From Amoebidium appalachense (taxonomy: Eukaryota > Protista > Ichthyosporea), in assembly GCA_963693365.1 (NCBI GenBank), contig CAVNZM010000010.1:3405659-3469658 (forward strand): a stretch of 64,000 nt of DNA, given 5' to 3'. The number at the start of each line of letters is the position of its first letter. The first letter of the stretch is position 1. Below are positions 13,016 through 26,800 of the stretch, in pieces. Under the pieces are notes generated by a model. It did no database searches. It saw nothing but the letters and a program-made list of their open reading frames with translations, and was not told where the DNA came from. Both the position numbers and the translations under genes were made by a program.

Positions 13016-13523
13016 AAAAAAAAAAACACAAAAAAACACAGATACCTGCTCACTCTCGAATGCACAAGATTCGCACACACACAGCGCACACATGCCGCGC
13101 CTGCATGCACACACCCGGTCATCCACACAACCATCTCAAATAATACGTGTCGCTTATCTCCACTCATTTGTGCAAAGCAAAAAGGGAAGTCAAGCAGGGG
13201 GGGGGGGGGGGGGGGGGGGGGTGGGGGGGAGGGGGGGCTGCAGCAGGAGGGGGAGGGGAGGAGGGAGGGGGTGGGGGGGGGGGGGGGGGGCTGCAGCAGG
13301 AGGGGGAGGAGGGGAGGGAGGGGGTAGGGGGGGGGGGGGAGGGAGGGGGGAGGGGGAGGGGAGGGGGGAGAAGGCGGGGAGGGCAGGAGGGGGGGAATAA
13401 CCTGAACACATGTCGCCGGAAAGATAAGGGAGAAGCCTGTATGTATTTATTTGTCGCCGGGCCATGCTGATATCACCTTGCGGCTCTGGAAGGGATTTGC
13501 AGTTGTTTTCCCCAAAGTTTTTT

Positions 13524-13574
<51 letters not shown>

Positions 13575-13720
13575 GGGGGGGGTAATACCTGCAAAGTTGG
13601 GTGAAAGGGGGGAGGGAGGGGGGGGGGGGGGGAGGCGTTAAGTCTGGGGTTTGAAAGCACACGTTGTGATGTGATTACACTTTGGTGTAGCACACGCTCC
13701 ACGGTGAGCACACACTTCAT

Positions 13721-13807
<87 letters not shown>

Positions 13808-13946
13808 CCCCCACCAGCTGCTCTCTTTGTTCCTCTAGGCAACCTCTTCTGTTTGAAAATTGCGCAGGTATTTCTTTGGATATAAACTACATACAAGTAT
13901 ACCGTGACAAGTCATGTACAAGCAGACATGCACACGCGCACACGCG

Positions 13947-13988
<42 letters not shown>

Positions 13989-15211
13989 CACGCGCACGCA
14001 CGCACACACACACGTGCACACACACACACACACACAGGCACACACGCACACACACGCACACGCACATACGCACAACACACACACACACCACGACACACAC
14101 ACAAACAAATATTATACAAACACTGAGACAAACAAACAAACAAACAAACAAACAAACAAACACAAACCGTTCATGCATATACAGTACGTGCACAGTGACG
14201 CCCATACAGAGAACAATGTCATGTACAGCACCATTTTAGCGCCAACTGCTATTTTTAGCACACGAGAAAAACTTAGTATTAAAACACACACTCGCCCTTT
14301 GGTGGCCTAGCCGGCCTAGCAACCACATGGCTACATGCGTGATCAAACGGGAACCAAGGTAACACATGTACAACAGAGGCTCTGAGGAGTTTTCTAAGGG
14401 TGTTTCCCTCCTCGAAACCCAGGCCTGAACCGTGCGACTCCCTGTTACAGTATAAAAAGCTGCACCCGCCCCAGTCTCTCATTGCAGACAGGAAGAACAC
14501 TAAGCGCACTGAAGCACACGCGCCAAAACTAGTAGGCGACAAACACAATGTAACAACATCATCTCTCCGGGACGAAGCTATCGGTAGAGCGAATATCCCG
14601 ATTGGCGGATATCCCAGCACTCATGATCATCGACTGATCCCGGGCGGCCGCCGCCTCACCGGTTTCGGTTGGTTATTATAGCTCAGTCTGGGGAAGAATC
14701 CCGTAAACTCCGTGAAGCATTTGCTCTTGACACGACAGTAGTAGTACCCGCCAAGACACAATCGATATCCGTGGTTTGCAGCCAGGCGGAAAGAAAAAGA
14801 AAGAAAATCCCATCGATTTCTTCTGAAGTAGCCCCTGTTTCCCTTTCTCTCCCCCAGTTGTGACATGCTGGGACATGATGAAAATCGGGGGAGCACGTGG
14901 GAACAGGTGGAGGCAGGGGTACAGGTGACATCGAGTTAGGATATATCATGTTATTTGGTCAGAGTTGGGGAAGCTTCGACCATGATGATGGTACCGAGTC
15001 CCGTCATGTGAAAAACTCAACTGACACGACGACACGATACCAGCAAAAACACGATCCGTTGTTTGCAGTGACAGCAGAAAGAAAATACACAGAATGATTG
15101 TGATTGATTTAAGCTGCCCCCGTTCAAGTCTCTCTCTCCCCAGTTTTACAGTGACATTCTACTAGTTTAGTCTCCTACTATTGAAAATTGGGTGCTTTTT
15201 GAACTTCGCCT

Positions 15212-16025
15212 GTGAAACATAATTTGCACGAAGTAACTGTAATACCAATATCCCTGTTTCGTGCTCGGTTTGTGCCTCCCTTAATCAGTATGTTTGGATT
15301 GTCGTCTGCTGTTTGTCGTATGGAGGAATTGTCTCTTCGTTTTTGTTTTCATTTAGTTAGGCTACCTGATGGTCACCCTCTTTATGCTTTCTTCCCCCCC
15401 CCCCCCTCCCTCCATCCCTCTTCCCCCCGGATTCACCAACGCTACTTCTGAATGTCCTCAGCCTACCCTCTTTCCACCTGATTCTTCCTCTCGCTATCTC
15501 ACTCCCTCTTTCTTTTCTCTTCCTGTTTTTTCTGCCTTTTCGCGTTATTACCATACGCAGTATAAGTTTCTTTCTCGTTCTGATAGAGAAATCAAAAGTA
15601 AAACTCAGTCGGCATGTGTTATGTTCCTTAGTAGGCAACACCGTACTGATCATTATCGCTTTTTGGGAGCTTTGGCAGGATACATTTCTCCTGCTGTACG
15701 TATGGATACCACCCTAGTAGATAAGTCTGTATGGTGCTCTGATGTTGATATTGCCTGGGAAGTTGTGCAGTGGCGCTGTAATTCTTGTTTTCATCGCCGC
15801 TGGTGCCACTTTTGTGCTGACCTTTTTAATCGCAAGCATGTTGATAGGTGTGAATTTTTATGTCGCGTTTTACCTCTTTCCCTCAGGGTATCTGCTACAC
15901 TAGCTGGCAATGTGAACACTTTAGACTTTTTGTTGAATTCTGTTGGTCGTCACATTGAGTATTTATATGATTTTCACACAGTGTTCAGGTATCTCAGTAT
16001 GCACTTGTTACTGGATAACTCGTGA
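15212..16025 (+). mobile_element. 5'-truncated non-LTR retrotransposon, C-terminal end of the pol ORF
   Basis: Two overlapping ORFs (15212-15451 and 15369-16025) switch frame around a poly-C run. They contain a post-RT-like segment (GLSSAVCRMEELSLRFCFHLVRLPDGHPL), then WR...CHFCADLFNRKHVDRC (C-x2-C-x7-H-x3-C knuckle) and NTLDFLLN. The segment is microsatellite-poor and absent from the neighbouring duplicate unit. No RT core is present. Confidence 0.55.
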
Positions 16026-16321
16026 AGTTTTTATTGTCTTCTCTGTCTGCCGTGCATACTTGCATATCTTTCCGTCGAATAAATCCAGTTAAAAGAAAAA
16101 TATCCCTGTCTCAACTCCACTTCTTCTTTTCTCTCTAAAACCTTTTGCTGGATAGTATTACCCGAAAATTCACTTAGACCCAGTATAAAAAACCACCCAC
16201 ACACAACCACAAAATTTACCACACGTGCACCCTTTACCACACACACTCTTTACCACACCGTTTACCACACCCACAAACTCAACCACTGGCACACATTATT
16301 ACACACACCCCCACCCCCACC

Positions 16322-16575
16322 ATGGCCGACCCCCTCCCTCTTGTTTTGGGCAACAGCGACCTTCTGCGGCACATCTTCCAGTTTGTGCCCCAGCCCGCCC
16401 GTCTGGCCTGCACCCTTGTGTGCCGCCTGTGGCGGGACATGGCCCGCCCAGTGCCCCTGCACGTGCACATCCCAGCGGGCACTCTGTGAAAACAGGTGGA
16501 GGCAGGGGTGGGGGCGTGGGGAAAGGTGGTGACTTCTCTCTCTTTGTCATATCGGCGGGAGCGTAAAGTTGAATT
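16322..16575 (+). pseudogene. F-box protein pseudogene, copy 1
   Basis: It reads MADPLPLVLGNSDLLRHIFQFVPQPARLACTLVCRLWRDMA (F-box). An in-frame TGA falls where copy 2 has Trp (L*KQVEAG versus MWEQVQAG), and the copy is then truncated. Confidence 0.75.
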
Positions 16576-16983
16576 AACGTGTGCTTTTGGGTGCTTCTTT
16601 TTTTCTTTTTTATTTCTTTTGGGGGGGGGGGGGGGGGGGGGGGGGGTTCTTATGGGGGGGGGGGGGGGGGGGGGGGGAGGGGTATGCATATGTATGGTAC
16701 CTCTACTCATTTGTTTAAAGCACACAACAACACTTAATAAAACAGCACGACCACACCAACATGCAACTGGATTGGGAAGCCAAATAAGGGGGGAGAGTTT
16801 TTTTTGGGGGGGGGGGGGGGAGGGGAGGGGGGGATAACATGAACACAGGTTGGTAAAAGTTTACAGGTTCGAGGGGGGACTAAAAGGGGAGACGTGTACG
16901 TAATATTGTGTTCCGCCAGGCCATGACGGCCGAGGCTCTAGAAGGGGTCTTTTTTTCCAAACCTTATTTTTCCAAATTTTTTC

Positions 16984-17014
<31 letters not shown>

Positions 17015-17556
17015 GAAGGACGGGTGGGAGGGGGGGGGGGGGGGAGGGGGAGGGGAGGGGGCTGAGGAGGGTATACTTTCTAGAGTTCGTTGAAGGCGGC
17101 CGGGGAGGAGGGGCCGGGGGGGGGGGGGGGGGGGGGGGAATGTTATGTCTGGTGTTTATTTGCACAAGTACGGGCATTTACACTAGTGTTTGGTGTAGCA
17201 CACCATGTGACAGTAAGCACACACATCACAGCCTCCCCCGTTGACTGAGTACAGTCCGAAATGTAAATGTACTCTGTTACACTCTGTACCCCCCCCCCCC
17301 CCTCCCCCCCCCTCCCCCCTCAATCTCCCCCCCTTCTTCCTGTAGAAGCCTCCTTCCCGTAAAAAAAATGGGGAGAATTTCCCGTGTATGTGGAACCACG
17401 TATGTATACATCAATGGTCGTGCACACACAGATGCACTATGCTAATCGTAGACTATGTACGTACTTTTGCTTCATACCTAATCACTGCCTTCAAGCTCAT
17501 GAACATAAAAAAATAAAACGAAACAAATGTCCTGGGACCCTTTCGGACCTCACCCA

Positions 17557-17589
<33 letters not shown>

Positions 17590-18706
17590 CCCCCCCCCCC
17601 ACCTCCTCCCCTCCCTCCCCCAACGGTACCCCCTTCTCTCTCCACACATCGGTACAAAATTCGCTTCAAGTTAGCAGATCGTTTTAAGCCTATAGTTAGA
17701 ACTTAACAAAAAACCATGCAGCTGACTAAGCATAATTTCTCCTACAACACTCCCTGATATCGATATTTAACACAAAATGTTTTTCTTTTGTGCACATTTC
17801 ACATCGGGTTACGATAAGCTTAAGGTATCGTGTCATTTGGTCAAGTGTTTAACATTAGGGACGCTTCTGTCAATCATGATACCGAGTCCATCTCCGTATA
17901 CATAAAAAAAAATCAACGGCACGACACGATACCTGTGAAAACACGATCCGTTGTTTGCTGCCTGGCAGAAAGAAAATGCCACTGATTTAAGCAGCCCCCA
18001 TTTCCCTTTCCCTCCCCACTTGTGACATGCTACTAAGCTTCTACGGAGGAAGAGCCTATAAAAGCGCAAGAATATTAATATCACGAACTCACTGTGGGGG
18101 TTTACACACTTTTTATTGCGTGGACACTGCCGGAGGCCCAGCCACATTCGACGACCTACTGCGTTTTCCAGCACAGCCAATCAAATGCAGCCAGTGACAT
18201 ATGTACATGCTAGGCAACAATGAGCGCCATCGTAGTATCTGACACCCCTATTACATATTATGGGTAAGCGAGGCTAGCATCGGTAGCTCCGAAAGAAAGT
18301 TAAGGCACCGGATCACAATATCATACGTATACTGTGCAGCATTAATAAGGTGATCTAGGATAGTCATCTTAAAACGGATATATTGAGGAAGAGAGGAAGA
18401 AAAGAGAATAAAACCGCCAATAACCTCCGGTTCTACTACATTAGCTAACAGGTTGCATTTATTGATAGATATGCAGCCGCGAGTAAACCACTGTGACACA
18501 ACACCATACCCCTGTCTCAGTCCATTCCTTCTCAGGCTCTGTCTAAAAGCTTTAATATCATTGGCTACCAGAAAACTTAAATCGAATTCATCGCATCCAG
18601 CACACCCCACACTTAACAAAACCACACACACACACAAACAACCACACCTTTTAACACATGTGCACCCTTTACCACACTCACACGCACACACACACACACC
18701 CCCACG

Positions 18707-19264
18707 ATGGCCGACCCCCTCCCACTTGTTTTGGACAACAGCGACCTTCTGCGGCACATCTTCCAGTTTGTGCCCCAGCCCGCCCGTCTGGCCTGCACCC
18801 TTGTGTGCCGCCTGTGGCGGCGGCGGGACGTGGCCCGCTCGGTGCCCCTGTACGTGCAGGTGTACGTCCCTGGCTGGGGATACACCCGAGAGGTGCAAAC
18901 GTATGTGGGAACAGGTGCAGGCAGGGGTAGGGGCATGGAAAAAGGCGGTGACTTCTCTCTCGTTGTCATATCGTGAGCGTGAACTTGCAAATGGTTATAC
19001 GTACAGTACAGCACGCCCCGTGCCATTGGGCTTTCCTTGATCTCAAAGCTGCCACTGCTGCGCGAAATTAAGGTCTACTACAGACTGAGTGAAGATGGTA
19101 CCGACAGGCCCGAAATAGCCCACACAATCTCAAAGTACGAAGAAAGGATTTGGACAACTTGGGAAGGGGCGGAGGCTCTGGCGGCGCAACTTCCTCCCAC
19201 TGGAACCAACTTCATGTATACGGAAATGGATCACTCTCAGTTTAAAAGACGTATAAGAAACCTA

Positions 19265-19270
<6 letters not shown>
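18707..19270 (+). pseudogene. F-box protein pseudogene, copy 2 (frameshifted)
   Basis: The F-box reads MADPLPLVLDNSDLLRHIFQFVPQPARLACTLVCRLWRR. The continuations MWEQVQAGVGAWKKAVTSLSLSY and LISKLPLLREIKVYY lie in other frames (shifts near 18870 and 19035). The reading ends in a (TA)n tract. Confidence 0.75.
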
Positions 19271-19311
<41 letters not shown>

Positions 19312-19332
19312 TATATACTATATATATATGTA

Positions 19333-19369
<37 letters not shown>

Positions 19370-19413
19370 TTGATATATATATATACTATATATAAATATA
19401 TATATATATATTG

Positions 19414-19445
<32 letters not shown>

Positions 19446-21143
19446 TGCTGATGGGAAGAAGTGACGTTTTTGTTTTTGTTGTACTATTTTAAGTTATTTT
19501 ATATTTTCAGGTTTTAAAGTTTAGAAGGTGACCCCTTTTCAATTAGGGTTAGTTTGTGTGTGTGTGCCCCCGTCAGGTGAATGTTTACGTAGGTGCGGTG
19601 TTGGTGCTAGCATGGCAAATCGAGGGGAAGGGGTACCGTGGTGGTGGTTGCGGGTGGGTGGGTGGGAGGGCGGGAAGGGGAGGGGAGAGGAGGGGAGGGA
19701 AGAGAGAGAGGGGCGGGAAGGGGAGGGGAGGGGAGGGGAGGGGAGGGGGAGAGAGAGAGAGGGGGGGGGGGGGGGGGGGGGGGGGATTTTATGATTAGTG
19801 GATTTTGTCATATTTCGTCATGCTGTCCTACTTTTCTAGTCGTTTCTTTAAAACTATGTTTTTTTGCGCCAAAACTTCCGCGCCAACACTTCTATATTCA
19901 ATATTGCTGCTACAATATCCCGCACAAATTATTGGTCCATTCACGTTTTTTTTGAGATTGCGACATTCCTGCTTAACAAGTGTATTGAATAGTATCACAT
20001 ACATACGGACGGTTTCAATGAACAAACCCCCTGTTTTCTTGTCTTCTTCCTTGTCTTCCTTGACAGTGTCTGGGTTTAGACTACCTTTTTATTTGTTTGT
20101 TATTTATTTTTGAATTTTTTGAGCGCGGGAGACATCCAATTTATATGCATTGTGTAGAGCATTGAAATCGGTGTACATAGCGCATGGTGCGCGGGGGGGG
20201 GGGGGGGGGGGGGGTACATTGCACATGGCCCGCCCGTGGGGGGGGGGGGGGGGAGGGGGGGGGGGGGGGGGAGGATTTGACTGTGTCGAGGGTGCGGTGT
20301 AGTACAGCGAGAGGAAGAAGAGAATAGTAATATATATTTTGGGCTGGGGAGAGATAAATAAACACAGGGCTTTCTCGGAAAGTGTTGCTCCTGCTGCCCG
20401 TGTGACTCACAATCTGTTGTCTTCATTGATCGTGAAATCTTATAATTACTTTTTATTAAAGGATACGTTTCATTTGTTATGAGTAGAGCATTTGTTCATA
20501 GAACATGCCGGTTGCATACATTCATCCAAAGAACACTCACTAAGCTCACCACAAATATCTCACAGCTCCGCGTCGCAGTATTCACATACTTTCACATACA
20601 TTCTCCTTACATGGGAATCATCTGAGGTTAATAAAGCACAAGCTTATACGTATGACATTCGCTCCATACCATGTGCTAGCCCTATCCTAGTATCCCATAA
20701 TTACTATTTAATTACTATATTCGCAGTATTCATACATACTCACACGTACTTAACAATACCGTCTATGTGACATTGATCCGATGTACCAAAAATTATCAAT
20801 GGCATTTCTCATCCCATAAATGCCATCCCATTACCATATTTCACAACACCATAATATTATATTATTTTACTAATAGACAGCTTAAATAATTTATAGCATA
20901 TCTCCCTTATTCGCACATGTTCCCACATATTCCTGTAAGTAGACCATCATTTCATAGACACTCTTGCCTGCATACCGTATCTATCGAATGAACTACCCTC
21001 TCATTAACCATATGTATCATATCATGCCATGTACCATTCTAATGATAGTTCAATACATGATATTTGACAACAGCAAGTCACATCATTCGCACACATTCGC
21101 ACACATTCGCACACATTCACACAGATATTCACACATATTCCTC

Positions 21144-22144
21144 TCAATAAGCGGCATACCCCCACCCCTCTGCGTGTGCTGCCACCACCAGTCTCCTCTG
21201 TATGGCCTGTCTGTCCTCTGCTGGTTCGTAGGCCAGATAGCGGCTAAGTGCTGACGATACACTGCCCGGGTCTGTGATCCGTCCACCCACTGCGTGTGAA
21301 AAAAAGACCGTAAGATGAATGAAAATAATTTTCTTCTGTGTTTTTTTCCCCCTTTAAGGTAAAGAAGGAGGCAACTGATATTGCATTGACGCTCACCCAC
21401 CCATCCATACACACACATGTGCATGCACACGTGCACACAAGAATGAACACTCGTACACGAACTTGCACGCATGCGCCTGCGCATACACAGGCAAGCACAC
21501 ACAACTGTATCTAAGATGTTGCCTCGCCTCACAATTTTTTTGGTTTGAATCTTACGGCAGCAATAGCAAGAACAAGAGCACGAACACACCCGACATGAAA
21601 CCGGAGGAGGAAAGCAAACCTTTTTTTTTTTTTTTTTTTGTGGGGGGGGGGGGGGGAGGGGGGGGGGGAATGCTTGAAGGGGGAGGGGAAATGGGGGGGG
21701 GGGGGGGGAGGCAGAGTGTGGGGCAAGTGCTGGAGGGGATGGATGCTGGGGGGGGGGGGGGGGGGGGGGGGGGGAGGAGGGGGCGGGAGGAGACATGAAT
21801 GCAATACTCGACATTCAAAATACCAACGAAAACAAATGCAAGCCCAGAATGACTCAAGTAGGATTCAACATAAAACATTTGGGGGGGGGGGGGGGGGGGG
21901 GGGGGGAGGGGAGGAGGAGGGAGGGAGCGGGCAGGAAGGGGGGGGGGGGGGGGGGAGGGGGGGGGGGGGGGGGGAATGGGAGGAGGGGGAGGGATAGATT
22001 ACGAATTGTGGCAGCCCTCTCCCGCTCAAACGGCAAACGTAACATGGTGAGTATCCGAGCTGCGAGGAAAGGATACGTTTTAGTGCAGTGTTGTAGAACC
22101 ACTCACACACACACAAACACGCTACGGACGAGGAATATGCCCCT

Positions 22145-22218
<74 letters not shown>

Positions 22219-22270
22219 CCACGGCTCCTGAGCAACAGGGTGAGCCCAACTTGTCTTGAATCAGTCAAAG

Positions 22271-22302
<32 letters not shown>

Positions 22303-22436
22303 TTCTCCCCTGCCAAACACACACACACGCGCCACCCTGCCGGTGCCATCTCTGCTCCCCATCCACTCCTTTCCAGCTCTTTCTATCCTTTTCCCTAATA
22401 CTCCCGTTTCCCTCCTCCACGCTCTCCCCATCCACT

Positions 22437-22469
<33 letters not shown>

Positions 22470-23167
22470 ACACACACACCCCTTCCCTCCCCGCCTTCCA
22501 ACCGTCCGGTGACCATATAAATCTTGGTTGTGAAACATAAGGTGGGTTTCGGCAAGCAGGCGGGCATGCTGGAAGGAGGGAGGGAAGGGGGGAAGGGGAG
22601 GGAGGGGGGAGGGGATGGGGGGGGGGGGGGGGGGGGAGGGGGTGGGAGGGGCTCTCACCAAACTGGGTGCTGGTCAGGTAGTATCCACGGGCCACTGAAT
22701 GCAACATGTCTGTGTGACGTGTAGAGACAGTAAGGAGGTGTGATGGTAACGAGGGGATGTGATAACAAGAGGTGATGAATCTAATGTGAGAGGTTTTTTT
22801 TTTTTTTTTCTTTTTTTTTTTTTGTGGGGGGGGGGGGGGGGAGGGGGGGGGGAAGGGGGGGGACGAAGGGAGAGGGGGGAGGGGATAAGGAAGATAATGG
22901 GGGGGGGGGGGGGGGGGGGGGGAAGGGGGGGGGACGATAAGGATGAAGTTGATGGTCGATAGAAGGGTGCGATAATAAAGGATGGGATGACATGATGAAA
23001 GGGAATACAATGAATGGTAGGAGGATGATACTTCCGGGGATGATAATAACGGGAAGACAAGCACAATGAATGGGATGACAAAAGAAAGCAATGATGACAA
23101 CAAGGGAGATGACATTAGGGAGGTAGAGGGGTTGCGTGGGTAGGGAGGGGGTGGGTGCCAGGGCAGG

Positions 23168-23201
<34 letters not shown>

Positions 23202-23514
23202 GGAAGGAGCAAAAAAACAACGCGTAGGAAAAGGGCCCGACAATTTTCAGTAGTGCAGGACGGGTGAGGGGAGGGAGGAGGACGTGTAAATCTGAGGGGG
23301 AGAGGGGAGGCAGTGATAAAACAAACAAAAAAGTAAGAATATGGTGTTGCGAGGGCATAGAGACCAGTTTCTGGCATCTGGGGGCTCTTACTTCGTGAAC
23401 CATTTAGCAGTATATCAGGTACAAAACGTAAACGATGCATATTACTTTAATACCAACCTTGTTCTATCTACGTCTAACATAATATAGATAACGAAGAAAA
23501 TCTAATGGGTGGGT

Positions 23515-23545
<31 letters not shown>

Positions 23546-23895
23546 TTCCCCCTCCCCCAACTAACCACCCACCCCAAAAGCAAATTTGTCGTAATGAGCA
23601 AGGATGAAGAACACAAACCACAAGAGAAGATGGGGTAGAGCCCATAATCCCAACGGACTTTAACGCGGAGGAGAGGGGGGGGGGGGTAGAGAGAGGGAGA
23701 GAAACGGGGGGGGGGAGGGGAGGGGGGAGTAGAGAGAGGGAGAGAGACGGGGAGGGGAGGGGGGGGGGGGGGAAGGGGGGAGTGTACCTGCACGTCCCAT
23801 TGGGTTGTCGCACGCTTTGAGATTGACAAGAAAGACCTCTAATTCCTCATCCTGTAAAAGGGTGGCTGTGTGTGTGTGTGTGTGTATGTGTGTGT

Positions 23896-23959
<64 letters not shown>

Positions 23960-24332
23960 ATGTGTGTTTGTGTGTGAATACATGTATGCAGATATGTGCA
24001 CCTGTGTGAGTGTGTCCCTCACATGCCTGGTGACATTCACCCCATTCTTCACCAAAACGGGCTAATTGACGAAAGTAGGCTGATCAGCACGCAGGAGAGG
24101 GGGAATGAAGGAGTAAGAAACCTTTTGTGTAACTTCAGGGTGAGGAGGAGGAAAAACAAAATGCGGTACACACCGTAAAAGTAAAAAGCCAGGTGAGGAA
24201 GAGCTCAGGAAGGTATTCTAAAGGCCGAAAACATGACCAGATGCTGAGACCCAGTGGCAAGGGGAGGGAGGGAGGGGGCGGGGGGGAGAGGGGGGAGGAC
24301 AGGTAGAATGGGCAGAGAAAAGGTAGGGTGCC

Positions 24333-24426
<94 letters not shown>

Positions 24427-24904
24427 GAGGGGGGGGGGGGTTGGGGGGGCTCTACCGCTGGCGGCATCTTCATACGTGCTTGCAACCCCACCCAGTCCAT
24501 CGTTGGCATCTGGGGGGCGTCTGCAAAGAGGAAACAAAATGGTGAGATATACACGGAATGAGATGGGATATATATCGCAGCTCGTGAGATATGTGGGTGA
24601 GAAATGCGAGGTTAGACATAGGCAGCAGGATAACGGCGGGAAAATGGTGAGAAAATTCACAAACGTGGTGAGGTATACTAGGTAAATCATGGACAATCAA
24701 CTCGGAGAAAATGATAACGGTGAGATAGAGGTGTAGAGAATCTCGATATATAGGGGAGACTTGCGTGGTCATGTAAAACTGGCTGTATCTAGGCAGCATG
24801 TAAGTATCATTAACGACGGACAACAAAACACAGGCTCAGCAACAAATAGCACACCCAAGGGTGGGGTCTGTGCGTGTGTTTGTGTGTGTGTGTGCGTGTG
24901 TGTG

Positions 24905-24992
<88 letters not shown>

Positions 24993-25029
24993 AGAGGGGG
25001 TGGGTGGGTGGGTGGGTGGGTGGGTGGAT

Positions 25030-25065
<36 letters not shown>

Positions 25066-25875
25066 AATCCTCACACCTGTGAGAGATTTGAGCAGTTGTG
25101 CTGCCGATGGGGGTGCATTTGCCCCAACGATGGTCGTGGTTGCTCCACCAGGCGTCCTCTGGGGAGATGAAAGTATGTGAGCTAGGGGGTGTCGGAATGT
25201 CACTAGTAAACGAGTTGGTAAAAGAGAAGGGTAGAGACACGGAGCGGGAAGGAGACGTGTGTACACGTGCAAAAGGACAGAGTAATTAGAGGCAAGGGTG
25301 CCCTTGTGTCTGTTTGTGTGTGTGTTTGTGTATGTATGTGTGTTTGTGTGTGTGTGTGTGCGCGCGCGCGCGCGTGCGCGCTAGTAGTGGTGGTGGTAGT
25401 GGTGGTGGTGGTGGTGAGTAAAGGGTGTAGGGGAGCGGAATTTGCTAATATGAACCATAAAGAAACCACAGAAACCCAACTGCAGGCAGTGGGAGTGTGG
25501 GGGGGGTTTATCTGCAAAATAAAAGAGGAAGAGAGTCGATATGCAGGAGGTTTTTTTGGGCGGGGAGGGGAGGGGGGGGAGGGGGAAGGCGGACAGGAAG
25601 AGGCAAAGAGAGAGAGAGGGGGGGGGAGAGTGAGAGAGAGAGGATGGAGGGGGGAGAAGGAGGGGGGGAAGGAGGAAGGGTGGGTGACGGGGTGGAGAGA
25701 GAGAGGGGGAGGGGGGAGGGGGAGGGAGGGAGGGAGGAAAAGGCAACGAAGGCAAGAGGGCGGATGGGGGGAGAGGGGGAGGGGGGTGAGAGGGGAGGAA
25801 GAGAGGGCGGGAGGGAGAGAGAAGAGCGAGTGAAAGAGAGACATCATCCCCGGGGGGGGGGGGGGGGGGGGGGGG

Positions 25876-25924
<49 letters not shown>

Positions 25925-26767
25925 CATTACCCTTGCCTCAAACGATTTCCTCCTAGTCATCAACCGGGGGCTGATTGGTGGTCTAAAAATATCCGATCCC
26001 CCCTGACCAATCCTCACATCCAAAGACTTGTTGCTCTTTTTTCGCAATCGGAATGGAAGCGGTCCCGCAGACGCGGAGTTCGCGAGACTGGAGAGATTTA
26101 CACGATTTGGACTGGTCGATCGGCCCGGATCGGGCGTAATCGGACGGATGCGATTGGTCGACGGCGCGATTCCGGAGTGCATCGAGAGGTTATCCCGTCC
26201 GCTGCGGGCAGTACCTGCCCCCGGGGCCGAAGAAATGGAGATAGTCCTTTGGAGTATATCTCCTTCGAAAAGATTTGGTTTTGTACGATTAATGGTGTCT
26301 GTGTTTGTACTAATCCTGTTTGAAATCTCTGTACTGTTTATCTCGGATATGACGGCTTTATCGGCAGATTTTGATTGGGCGTCGCCTTCCCCCGGATCGT
26401 TACCGGTTTTGGTTTCTTTTTTCTCCTTTTCTCCCACCCTATCCGTACTGAAAATTTCCGAATTTGCATTTGATGTAGTTTCCGGTGTATCTCGATTATT
26501 AGGTTCTCCGATTTCCCTGGGTATTTCTTCGGTTGTCGACTCCTGTTTATCACCTTCTTCTGCCATGCATTTGGATTCAATGACATGAGGCGCCTCAATT
26601 CCCGTATCGCTATTGGACGGTTGGGCACCATCTCCCGATTCACTCGGACCGTATGATTGGCTGTCGACTTTGGCGCCATCGCCAACGCTGGAAGGTGATT
26701 GGTCGCTGACGTCATTGTGAAATGTGATGGAGTCGCGCTTGGAGGGTGTCGATGCGCCCGTGTCTGC

Positions 26768-26800
<33 letters not shown>

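Larger units (their letters stand above)
13390..19270. repeat. Degenerate local segmental duplications around the F-box pseudogenes
   Basis: Matching blocks are about 13395-13720 with 16833-17230; 14729-14870, 15022-15160 and 17918-18030; 14925-15005 with 17800-17890; and 16100-16570 with 18505-18990. Confidence 0.65.

Noticed and set aside
18251-18600. Non-repetitive part of minus ORF 18251-18898
   Set aside because: It has no identifiable domain and its 5' part is antisense to the F-box pseudogene. It cannot be supported without a search.
24456-24520. PTMDWVGLQARM resembling the SCHIP-1 MDW motif
   Set aside because: The match is too short, and the downstream exons fit a DUF4476-like pattern instead.
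26028-26715. ORFs 26028-26588 (+) and 26338-26715 (-)
   Set aside because: They are antisense and alternative-frame shadows of the 833-nt exon 26763-25931.
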